Below, one piece after another: positions 1-11,989 of a DNA stretch of 64,000 nucleotides. The notes under the pieces are model-generated. The model was not told the DNA's origin. It searched no databases and saw nothing but the letters and a program-made list of their open reading frames with translations. A program made the position numbers and the translations under genes. The first letter of the stretch is position 1; the number at the start of each line of letters is the position of its first letter. This DNA comes from the human T2T-CHM13v2.0 reference genome, Homo sapiens, in assembly GCF_009914755.1 (NCBI RefSeq), contig NC_060933.1; one strand, written 5' to 3'.

Positions 1-445
<445 letters not shown>

Positions 446-521
446 TAATCTGCCTTTTATAAGTTTATTTTTTGGTGAATTTTCTGAGGGTGAAAGGGGA
501 GCCTTCCTCTTTGGCCCTATA
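446..521 (+). mobile_element. 3' terminus of an ERV1 LTR (MER39/MER34/LOR1-like)
   Basis: TAATCTGCCTTTT...TCTGAGGGTGAAAGGGGAGCCTTCCTCTTTGGCCCTATA resembles the recalled MER39-group LTR end. Confidence 0.55.
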
Positions 522-522
522 G

Positions 523-3320
523 GAACAAGCAAAATTTTCACGGCTAAAGAAGGGCCTTACATCATGATAAAGCATTCATTTCTTCAAGAAGACGTAACAG
601 TCCTAAACTTGAATGCATCCAACATCTGTATGAAAATACGTTAAGGCAAAAATGATAAAACTGAAAGAAGAAAGAGACAGAACTTCTATTATATTTAAAG
701 ACTTTAACATTCCTCTGCCAGTAATTGATACATCAAATGGGAAAAAACTCAGTAAAAATGTAGATATCTCAAACAGCACAATCAATAAACTTTCTAATAA
801 TAAAGATAATTTCTAATAATTAGACAAAGTTCATAGTTGACATAAAATATTGAACAAAAGAATGCATACTCTTTTGAATTTCCCATGAAAAATTCCCTGG
901 GATATTTTCTATTCTGTGCCATTAAATACACAACACATTAAAATAATAGATGTTACGTAAAGTATATTCTCATACTGCAATAGACTCAAAAATACTAAGC
1001 CATTTTGAAATTCTACAACACATTTCTAAATAAATCAAATATCAAAGAAGAGGTTTTAAGAATATTTTTAATGAAAATAAAAGAGAAGAGAAATACAACA
1101 TTAACGTTTATAAAATGCACATAAAGCAGTGCTTAGAGGAAAATTTATAGCATTAAATATAAATATTTTCTTTAAAAAACCATCTAGTATAAATAATGTT
1201 AGTTTTTACCATAGGAAACTAAAGAAAAAGCAGAAACTTAATATGAGGCTGGCAGAAGAAAGAAATAATAAAACTAGAACAAAAAGGAAAGCATGAGGTA
1301 TGTATCTGTTCCCTGGTAAATCCTTTACTTAAGGAAGAAATCATAGGAATTCTCAATAACCTTTTCCAGAAAATAGAAAGAGAACATACTTAATTTAATT
1401 AGGCCAGAAGTATCCTAATTCCAAATACAGATAAAAATATTGTACAAAAAGAAAATTATGATACAGTATCTCTCATGAATATAGAAGCAAAAGTCTTTAA
1501 CCAAATATTCAGAAGTTGAATCTAGCATTATGTAAAAATAATATAGTTAACTGGGGTTTCTTATAAAAATGCAAAACTGCTTGAAAAATCATAAACCAAT
1601 ATAATTCTATTAACAAAATAAAAGAATAAAATATCAATAGATGCAGAAAAGCATTCATTAAAATTGATTACCATTCATGATAAAATTATAAAAATTAGAA
1701 ACATGAGAACTTCCTTATCCTAATGAAAGCAATGCCAAAAATCTATAGCTAATATCATCCTTAACTGTGAAATGATTACCATCTACCTTTACAATTGTGA
1801 GCATAACAAGGATATTCACTTTTACTAAGCCTACTCAAAACTATACTTGAAGATCTAACCAGTTCAATACAATAAGAAAAAGTAGTAACAACTACCCAGA
1901 TTAGAAAAATCCCAGATTGCAAAAATATTTCTCAAACTAATAAGCAAGTATACCAAGGTTGTAGGATACATTGTCACTTGCTTTCCTAAAAACCAGCAAT
2001 GAGCAATTAGAAATTGAAATGAAAAAATAATAATAATAGTAGCAACTCAAAATAAAGTACTTACGCATATCCCAAATAAATGTGTATAGAATCTATATGC
2101 AGAAAATGACAAAACAATGATGGAAAAATCAAAGAAGAACTAAATAAATGAAGGCATATTCCCATTTTTGGAATTAAAGATTCAATACTGCTTATTTATA
2201 TTTTTTCCCAACTTGACCTATAGATTCAATACAATCTCAATCAAAATTCCAGCATGCTATTTTGTAGATACAGTCAGACTGATTCTAACATTTAGATAAA
2301 GAAACAAACATCCTGTAATAGGCAACTTGGTCATAAAGAAGAACAAAGTTGGAATATTCATAATACCTGATTTCAAGTCTTACTGAAATGCTATAGTAAT
2401 TAAGACATTGTGTTATTGGTGAAATAACAGAAATACAGACTAATGGAACAGGACAGACAGGCTGCAAATAAAGTCATACTAAATAATAAACTAATTTCTG
2501 ATGGGTGCACAATGGCAGAGAAATGGTAGTCTTCATAAATAATTGATGCTGGAACAATTGGAGATCCGTATGCATAACAAAAGACCTAGACCTAGACCTT
2601 ACATCTTATACAAATCTTGGCTTAATGTGGATCATAGACTTAAATGTAAAATGCGAAAGTGTTAAACTTCAAGCAAAACACAAAACTAGGAGAAAATCTA
2701 AGTAACTTGGGATTAATAAGTGTTTAGATATAATACCAACTGCATGATATTGAAAAAAATTAATAAATCAGATGTTATTAAATTGATAAACTTCTGCTCA
2801 GCAAAAGCCACTGTTAAGAGAAAGAAAAAACAAGTCACAGACTTTTGGCTTTTGCCATTTGTCCTTAGGAAAATACAAATTAACACAACAATGAGATAAT
2901 AATACTCACTAATTAGAAGGACTAAATGTTTTTTAAAACCTGATAATATCAAGGGCTGATGAAGATGTGGAACAACAGGAACTCTTATTTATGCTGGTGG
3001 CATAGCCATTTTGTAAGACAGTTTGGCAGTTTCTTACCAAGCTAAAGGTAGTCTTACCATGTAGATAATAAAATATCATTTTATTATATTTAATACAAAA
3101 TTTATTAAATTTTATTATATGACAATAAAATATAAATATTATATTATAAAAGGGAATTAGTTACCAAACCACAGAAAATATTGATGAATGCATATTGCTA
3201 AGTGAAAAAAAACCTAGTCTAAAAATATTATAGACTGTATTATTCCATTTATATGATGTTCTGAACAGGCAAAACTATACAGAAAGTAAGTAAATCAGTA
3301 ATTAAAAGGCATTTGGGACA
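523..3320 (+). mobile_element. Old L1M (L1MC/MD-like) ORF2 and 3' UTR, degraded with internal deletions
   Basis: Recognisable EN/RT-region motifs (e.g. TCAATAGATGCAGAAAAAGCATT) and L1M-type 3' UTR (GCATATTGCTAAGTGAAA...GGCAAAACTATA). Confidence 0.85.
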
Positions 3321-4441
3321 TAGGAGTCAAATAAAAGGATACCCGTGAATAAAGGTGAAACAATTTCAGCAACAGAACGAACTTCTGTTGGATTGTAACA
3401 ATCCAATGCATAAAAGAGATAGAATCAGCTGCTTTCTCAAACAATGCCTTCATCAAAACCTATAAAACTGTCAGTCTTTCAAATAACTGTCCATCACAAG
3501 AGGTCATGCTAGGACCAGTTTCCAGGACTTTCTAGTCTGTCTCAAACTGCTGTAAATAATGAGATATGCCTGGTTGAATCTAGAGACATAATCACATAGT
3601 TGTTATTGTTGTTTTATGGTTTTTCCACATCTTGTTTTCAGAGAAACATTGGCACAAATTTGAGATGTTTTTATTCCAGTTGACAGATTTTATAAAAATA
3701 TAAATTCTACACATGGACTAACTCCGACGATTCATCTTCCCAGAATTACGAAGTGAATCATTGTTTTCAGACAAGTAAATTGAGAGATGCAGTTTCTCTC
3801 TTGTCGATCTTGTTTTTCAGAGCAATACTAGATGAAAAACACTCGCCATTTTCTAAAATGTCTAATGTGATGGAAATTTGACAATCAATACAGAAAAGAT
3901 ATGGCTATGTAGAGGCAGACATAAAGGAGATATCTTATAATGTATCAATATACTAATATTTACTTCTCATTAAAAGACAGTGGAACATATTAAGGAGAAA
4001 GAGTGAAGATGAAAGAAAAGGAGGAAGACACTATAGAGCTTCTTGTTTAAATATTATCACTCATGAATGCCATTTATACAATTCTTTCCATTACTGTGAA
4101 CATCCCTAGGCTGAAAGGCTAAAATTTCCATTTTTTTCTAGATTACCTTGAGTCTCGTTGAGTTTTGTTTTTTTTCCTGCTATGTTTCATCAGAATATAG
4201 GATACATGTAATCACAATTTTTTTTTGCAATTCATCCTATTCAAGAAGAAAATAATGGTAGAACTGAAATTAATTATAAATAATATCTGTGTATTATATA
4301 TATGCACATGTATAATATAGTCTATTATAGACATTATATAAGGAAGATACCCAGGTATAATCTTATTATTTGTGTAATTTAATAGAAACTATGTGAGCAA
4401 TGTATATCTATGTGCCTCATTAGTGTTGTTTGGTGAACAAA

Positions 4442-6171
4442 TGCGGTAGAATAGATTATTGTTCAGCTGATAATTATTTCTTCCTCTTAACCTTCATGGA
4501 AGATTTATGCTTCTGTGCCCCATTAACATTTGTAGTTGGCCATATTATTTTCTTTGGCCAATGAAATATGGACTTTAAGAGACCATATTTTTTTTTTATT
4601 TGATCATCTGGGAACTTTTGACTTCTGTTATGAGAATAACAGGCCACAGATAGCTGTTGCCCCTCTTGCCTGAACCCCGGAATGAGATATGCAACACAGT
4701 GGACCCCCAAACCCATAGATTAGTAGCCTAAAGTGGAGCCACCACAGCCGACTTGTAGACCTACAGCTAAACCAGAGCAGCCTCAGTTGATCCACAGGCC
4801 TGTGTATACGAGAATAAATGTTGTTTGCTGTATGTCACTGACTTTTGAGATGGCTTTTAATGAAACATTATTATGTCTATAGCTGTCAAACAGAATTAGT
4901 ACCTAGAATTGGGGTGCTGCCGTAATATAATCCTAAAATATGTGGCAAAAGCTTGGTAAACAGTAGGGGCACTATCATAAGAGATGAAGAAATAGTGGTG
5001 AATTTTTAAATAGGCTAGAAGAATGGAAAAATATTTAGTGAAATTTCCATTCATAAACATCCTGGAAGGCAGATAAAATGTGTACATTAAGGCCTGTGGG
5101 TGAAGAAATTTCAAGGGAAAAGCTAAAAAGGTGAGTTGGTACCATAAAAGACAGATGAGCCTGAGGATGAACTGCCTGGAGCATAAGTTAAATTGAGAGG
5201 GAAAGTAGAAAGCCCTGAAATTCTGGGACTTTTAAGATTGGGAAAAGAAAATCTCAACAAATTTAAGGTGGTAATTTCAATACAGCCTCAGGAAAAGACC
5301 ACATCTGGAACACTGCCAATAAGACATGGACTCAGGAAACAGAACGATTTAAGTTGTCACTCAGCCAGGATAAAAAGTAACTCGTAAAATGTTTAGGGGT
5401 GTACAGGAGGATGATGGAAAAGTGAGGACATAGCAGAGTACAGAGCCATATCCGCGAGGAACTATGAACTAAGGTGAAAGAATATTTTTTTTTCCCAGAA
5501 CAGGGGGATGTGGAAGCTTGTGCCCAGAGAAATTTCAGTGTTGCTATGAACCACAGATTGCTATGTGCTTCTTCCCCTTTTTGAATGGAAGAGTTTATCA
5601 TATTGTTTTCTGTCTCTGTTACACCCTTATGTGTTGAATATGTGTCTTTTAGTTTTTGATTTCTTGTTCAAGAGGATCTACCTCCAGACTCAATGTACTT
5701 TGAATATTATATAGTGTGCTTTGATCCTGGACTTTGAACCTGAGAAAAAGATTGGATGACACTTTCAGAGATCTTAAAATGAGAGAATATTTTTTTATGT
5801 AGCAGAGATGTGAATGTGTGACCAATAGAGAAAAGAATGGTAAAGTTTCATTGTTGGCTCTAATTTTGTATTCTGCTGTAGTACCATTATATATTCATAT
5901 CTTTTTTAGCTTTGGCCATTTGTCTTGACTTAGCCAATGTGATGTTAGCAGACATAATGAAAGTAAAGCCTCAGAACATGTTTGCATGATTGAATGAGAG
6001 ACACATATAAAAGGCCTGAAAACAGCTTATGGACTGTATTCATGACTAGCTAACTCAGCTAGATGAGCTGACCTACATATGTGTGAGCAAGAAAAAATAC
6101 TTAGTATTATATGCCAGAGTTTGAAAATGATTCATTATGCAGCATTATCCTGACAATAGCTGACTGAGACA
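4442..6171 (+). mobile_element. MLT1 (MaLR) element: LTR 4442-4892, internal 4893-~5837, LTR ~5838-6171
   Basis: Both LTRs have MLT1-type TTGGCCA..GCCAATG boxes and ATAGCTG..ACA ends; internal region starts with the MaLR signature GAATTAGTACCTAGAATTGGGGTGCTGC; purine tract before the second LTR. Confidence 0.75.
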
Positions 6172-6764
6172 ATAATCAACAGGATCAGTTATTTTAGAAC
6201 CATTTGATAAGTCTTTGACATCTAAACCAGTATAGAAAGTACTATGATAATTTGTGGTAATTACCACATAGGCTATTAATTTTTAAAAATATATGGCTAA
6301 ATACAATTATGAAATAAACATGATGAAGTAGCATAAATCAGAGGGCATTTGTGTTATATCAGATTTCAGAAGATTTGAAAAGAAGATATATGTACGATAT
6401 TCAGAATATTTATTCTGATCAAGAGAATAAAGACCCAATTGAGTATGTTGTGGATTCATTATAGGAAATATAGAAAACAAATCAATATTAAAAAAGAACT
6501 AGGAGAAATAATTTATATTTTTTCTGGATAAAATATTATTGGTGCATTTATAATAGTCTTATGAATACTGCTGAGAATTTAACGGTATTTCTTGAGAAAT
6601 GATTGTTTCAATTTGAACAATTTCATTTGAGTTTGACTATTGATAACTCACTTCATTATTTAATGTCTGCCTATAAATACCATAAAGAGTAAGACTTCAT
6701 TTTATAACACAGAAACACGGCTCCTTTCTTTGATTAGGTCGGATATAACTTATCAAATTTGAAA

Positions 6765-6870
6765 TAAATGCCTCCTGATGTGGTGAGTTCTCTGTCATTG
6801 GATATGAGCAAACAGTCTTTAGGTGACCTTTTATTGTGAATATTGTAGAGTAGTGTTTTGCATTATTACA
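6765..6870 (+). mobile_element. CR1/L3 3'-end relic
   Basis: GTGGTGAGTTCTCTGTCATTGGATATGAGCAAACAG...TGACC resembles the L3 3' motif. Confidence 0.5.
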
Positions 6871-7567
6871 TATAAGTGTTTATGAGTCTTTTCAAAACCA
6901 AGCTCATAAAAAAATTCCATGAACTCAATCCATGCATGTTTCAGAAATATTTAAATTAATTTTGGTAGTATTGTATTGCATGACCTATAGCTTCACTGTA
7001 GAGAATCTTATTTTTTTCTTAATAACTTATCTAGAGATGAAGTGCCATTTTGCAAAAATTACCTGAAAGTCAGATTACAAGGCTATTTTATTTTTTGTTT
7101 AGTATTTTTTGGGCAATTAAGCTGAGCACGGAGGCTACAAAATAAGCAGCACCTCTTTTACTTCAAGTACCTCACAGTTTAGTGGGAAAATAGATATGCA
7201 TGAATAACCAGTGGTGAGAACTGGATGGCTGGGAGACAAGTTCTCTGCTTACCCTTTTGGGCCTTTTCAACTGTAAATTTTGTCTATCCACATTTTGTGT
7301 GGAAAAGGACCTAATCAACATAATAGATATTGGGTCTCCTCCTGTACCAACTTGTATCACAGACTTATAATCTGACTTGTGATATGTTTTCCATATTTCA
7401 GATCTCACCCTTGTTTGTACTTTTTGAATAGAGATTTTGTTTCTCTAGTTTGCTTATGTCCATGGCTCTGACACTCTGCTTTCCCATTTTCTCATTCATT
7501 GGCTAGTAAACTGATTTCACAATTTATCATCCAACTGCTTCTTTCTATGGTGTATACTAACCCTGGC

Positions 7568-10395
7568 TGAAGTGGATGCTATAGTATGTCACCCATGTTC
7601 ACTCTTCAGAGTAAGGCAATCTATCACCTGCCATAATGTTACTTATCGATTGTTCGCATCTGAGTCCCCTTTCTCTGACTAAATCTTGGATTAAGGGTGC
7701 ACCTTTTCCAAGGCTTTTTCTCTTCTCTTGGGGCAAGCTGAATACAAAGATTAATCAGGGGATGGTGATAAAAGCCTGATTCCTGTGCCATAATTCAGGA
7801 GAATTCTAAAAGATCATCCCACCTCAAAAAAATTGCTGATGGTTTTGTTGCAACTGCTTTCCATTTCAACTTCTTCCTCTGCCCAACCCTGCTTGCTTCA
7901 TTCTCTCACAAGCTTGATTGCCATAAGTATGCTCCACTTAACTTTCTGCGCATGAATCTCCACGTTGGCACCTATTTCCTGGGGAACCTGAGCTGTGGCA
8001 GTTGGCAACAGAGGGGCCCAGGAAAGTTGACTCCCAAGTGGGATTTGGGGTGGATTAACCACCTCTGAGCTGTCAATAAAGATGATGGCTGGTGGAGTTT
8101 CGATAGCACCTGGAATTCTAAAGCAGATTAAATGTTAAAACTTTCACTAGTGATGAACTAGAATGGAATACCAGTGGAAAAGACTGCCTTGTGTATGCAG
8201 TTATCTTAGGTATTTGAGCAGTTCAGGGAATGTAGAAATTGAAAAATATTTAATTTCTTTAATTGGAAACATTAAAGCATTAATGGAAGCATTAAAGAGA
8301 CTCTCATTTACTACAGCTGGAAGGCAGAATAATCTTTGGTCCATGTACTGAATTATAGGAGTAGGGGAACTTCAGAGAAAGTGAAAAGGTAAGTTTTCAG
8401 TTCAGCAGGTCTGCTATGCCATAGTAAAAGCCCTGGTTAGGAAGGAATGGAAGCCTAAGAGTGGGAACAGGGATAGCTGGGTCAACACAATTGAGAGCCA
8501 TAAAGTTCTGGATTCTTCTGAGTTATCTGGGTCTGCAGAAATATACTGCTTCCAACTGCAAAGGCTAGCATTTTTCCCTTGTTTGCAAAGGATGTGAGAA
8601 CCTTTGCCTCTGGAGTTAACAGGGCCTCTTACCCCAGGACGTATTTCCATCTCCCCTCTTGGCCACTAGACCAAAAAATAGGATCAAGTTACAACGTAAC
8701 CTATCTGGTTAAAACATTCTTTTTATTTCAAATGAGTTTGACAATCCTTGTTCTAAGTACTAGATCAGCTTTGAGAGAAGAAGGGGTGGTCAGTTCTGCT
8801 AATATGTAACAATAGAAACCCCTAGCCTGAATCTGTACATGAAATGGAATCCTAAGGGTGATAGGTTGGAGGAGGGTGAGCAGAGAACCTTAAGATGATA
8901 TGGATTTTAGCATGCTGACACAGGTCCTAGGAAATGGTGTTAACTCTGCTAGTATGGCTGGTGGAAGCTTGGAAAAAGTGATGGCTTACATTTTGCCAAG
9001 TAAAAATACCAGCTCAGCTATGGCTGATGGAAGTTGAAGGGAAACTAAATATACTAAAGTAAATATACCTAAAACAACTGTAAGATTCATCAGCTAATTA
9101 ATTACATTCTGTAGAAATGACCAGGAGTTACTCAATGTACCAAATCACTAAGGAATGCACTGGTGAAAGGGGCACCAGCCTCAATAAGAAACTCAGAATG
9201 ACTGTATTCTTTAGACAAGGGCTGATAGTAGGCATTCATAGAAGTAGCTTCCAGAGGTAACTGCGTCTTGTGGAGTGGTAAATGATTTGGCTTATTGGCC
9301 AGGGTCTTGTTAGATAAAGACTGGAAAAATGATGAGAAAGTAGTTTGGGGAAAGATCATGTGGATCCACCCATAGGAGTGGAAGAAATATTTTAAAATCA
9401 CATTTATACCCATCAGAGACTTTACCACATAAGAGGCACTAAACAACCCAGTAGAGAGCATTTGATGTCATCCAGACTCTATCATCAGCCATCACAGGGC
9501 TGGTACAATGGTCCATGAATCTTGGAGGCCAGGCCTCCTACTCACCATGTCTGATATAGCTACTACTAATGCTGAATATACAACTTGCTGTTAATAGAGG
9601 CCAGTGCTGAGCCCCACTATAGCACCATTTTTCTTTCAGAGAAGAGCACCCACTTTGAAACAAATTGATTTCATTGTATTTTTCCCATCTTGGAAGCAGA
9701 AGTAATCCATCTTGATTGTAATTTACACACATTCTAGGTATTAGTTTTCCTTTATGCCTGCAGGGCCTTAGTCACCCAGCTTTCCAAGGGCTTACAAAGA
9801 GTGTGATCCATCAACATGGTATCCTACATAACTTTGAATTAACCCAACATATCCAATTTACTTCTAAGGAGGTGTGGCTGTCAACATATGACTATATCTC
9901 ATACATGATTGTATCTAATATCACACCACCCAGAATTGCTGGCCTAATAAATATTTGGAATGGCTTTTTGATGACACATCAAATTCACCCTCTTGGAGAT
10001 GATAGTCTGTGAGAACTGAGTACTGTGCTCCAGAATGCAATGGCTATTATGTGGCTCTGTGTCCTGATTGGGTAAAATACTTGGGTCTGACAACTAAAGG
10101 GTAAGAGGAGTGGCCCAATTTTAGATTCAATAGTATTTGTAAGTTATTATACTTAACATCATTCACTGTGTCTTGAAAATTCAAATTTAATTGGAATCCT
10201 GTATTTTTATTCAATAAATCTGAAAATCCTGTGAAGCCTCTGTTGCCGGCAACAGCTTTGCAGTTCAGCTTCACCCTCTGCCTAATCCTGCTTTATTCAC
10301 TCTCTCACAGGTGTCATTCACATGATCTCTCCTAAACAACTTTCTTACTATAGATCGTCATATCAGAGTCTGTTTTCCTGAAAATTTGACATCAA
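7568..10395 (+). mobile_element. ERVL-class provirus remnant (LTR16 / HERV16-ERV3-16A3-like): 5' LTR 7568-8000, deleted internal 8001-~10120, partial 3' LTR ~10233-10395
   Basis: TG...CA LTR with LTR16-type end (TTCCTGGGGAACCTGAGCTGTGGCA); ORF 9803-10012 (IHQHGILHN...QFTSKEV...AGLINIWNG) resembles ERVL integrase; 10250-10380 resembles 7850-7990. Confidence 0.75.
10131..10232. mobile_element. MER53 hAT MITE, one arm only
   Basis: GAAAATTCAAATTTAATTGGAATCCTGTATTTTTATTCAATAAATCTGAAAATCCT matches the recalled MER53 arm. Confidence 0.7.
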
Positions 10396-11989
10396 CTTTT
10401 CCTAATGTTTTTATACTTCTGCCAACCTACTTTTGGTTCACTGACTCCCTCCCCAGCAGAATACCAATACACAGTTACCTTGTCTATGTTACAATCCCAC
10501 ACCAAGAAGGAGTGTTCTTTTTTCCTTTTACATTATAATCACACAGACACTTTTATAAGCAAAGAGCTGCCCAACTTGTGCATAACCACATATAAGGATA
10601 AGGCAGACAGGATTTAAGGAAAATATAAGCTATTAGAGCTTATATTTAATATTTATTGGTAAAGTTTCATTGTAATTCTAACCAGTGTGGACCATATACA
10701 CTGTCACAGAATTTCAGAGCTGGAAGAAATCTCTTTGTTACTTAATGTAAATCTCTTGTTTTGTATATCTCTTGAAGGATTGTCTTGGCAACCTATTTTC
10801 AAGGCAATGCAAATGCTTTTATTGAAAATGAAAATATTAAACCCTGACTAAACAACAAAGAAAGGTATTATTTTGATCATTTAAAAAAACCTTTGAAAAC
10901 AAGAATCTTCAAACTTATTTGAAATAAAAAGAGTATTTTAAAAATCAAAGCAGTCTGAAACAGTGAAATAGGCAAATTCAGACTGCTGTGTAAAAGAGGT
11001 GTTTTGTAGTAAGCCCACAGGCTGTATAATGGCATCCATAATCGCTGCTACATAAAGAATATTTGGGCATTTACATTTATAGTTTAGATTCAGTTTTTCT
11101 ACTTAACTAAAGGTTAAACGGTATACAGAGATCACCTCACCAAAATGTCTCAGATATATTGAGAAATAATAATAAGTGAAGAAACAGGTAGAAGGTTTTC
11201 ATACTGTGATGAAATAAAAAGTTCATTATATTCAGCAAATATTTTGTAACATTAATGTGTTTCATTCACTGGGCTTCCTTAAAGTGCTGCATCTGTCTCC
11301 CAAGTCCAATGAGGATGTGTTTGGGTCTATTTCATATAAAAGAAATGTCTTGCTTCATACCTAATGTTTATAGTTTGGGCTTTTGAATTAGTAAAATTAA
11401 TCACTTTATAATTTATACCATACTCCTCACTGTGCTCTGCTGATATTCTTAGTACACTCTTCCCCCAATTATATGCCTGTTTCACTCTTCATTTTTACGT
11501 GCAGTTACATCTCATCTTCTGACTGAGACTTCTTCCAACTCTTATTTGGGTCTTCTTTATTCTCCCTTCCTTTGATATCACTCAGCATAACAATTCTAGC
11601 TCATCTGAACACCATTGGGAGTTTTTTCTTTGTCTAGTTCCTTCATAAAACCCACCACCTCTTTGGTTCTGCCCTTATAGTGAAGGCAAAGTTAGTTTAA
11701 GTTTCCGACAATTAAGTGGCAAAGTTAATTACAAGTATGCTAATTAGCATGTGTGAGTTGTTCAATAACATCTGTTTTCAGAATAATTATAGATGGACAT
11801 AATTAATTTTTTTGCAAGTTGAATTACCATTTCAGCACAGACTGGAATTGTGTTAAGTATAGTGTGACAAGAACAAAAGTAGAATGACAAAAAATCAGAA
11901 TGGAAGACATACATTTTCCTTAACAAACCATGTGGTTTTCCTTAACAAAGCACCCCTCTCACGTATACACTTAATTTAAAAAATATGTG

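Noticed and set aside
3062-3150. AT-only stretch replacing part of an old L1 3' region as a templated repair scar
   Set aside because: Complexity too low to identify a template; could be ordinary microsatellite decay
3615-3830. Three TTGTTTT(T)CAG acceptor-like motifs as exon starts
   Set aside because: No convincing downstream donor or open frame; the motif is common in AT-rich DNA
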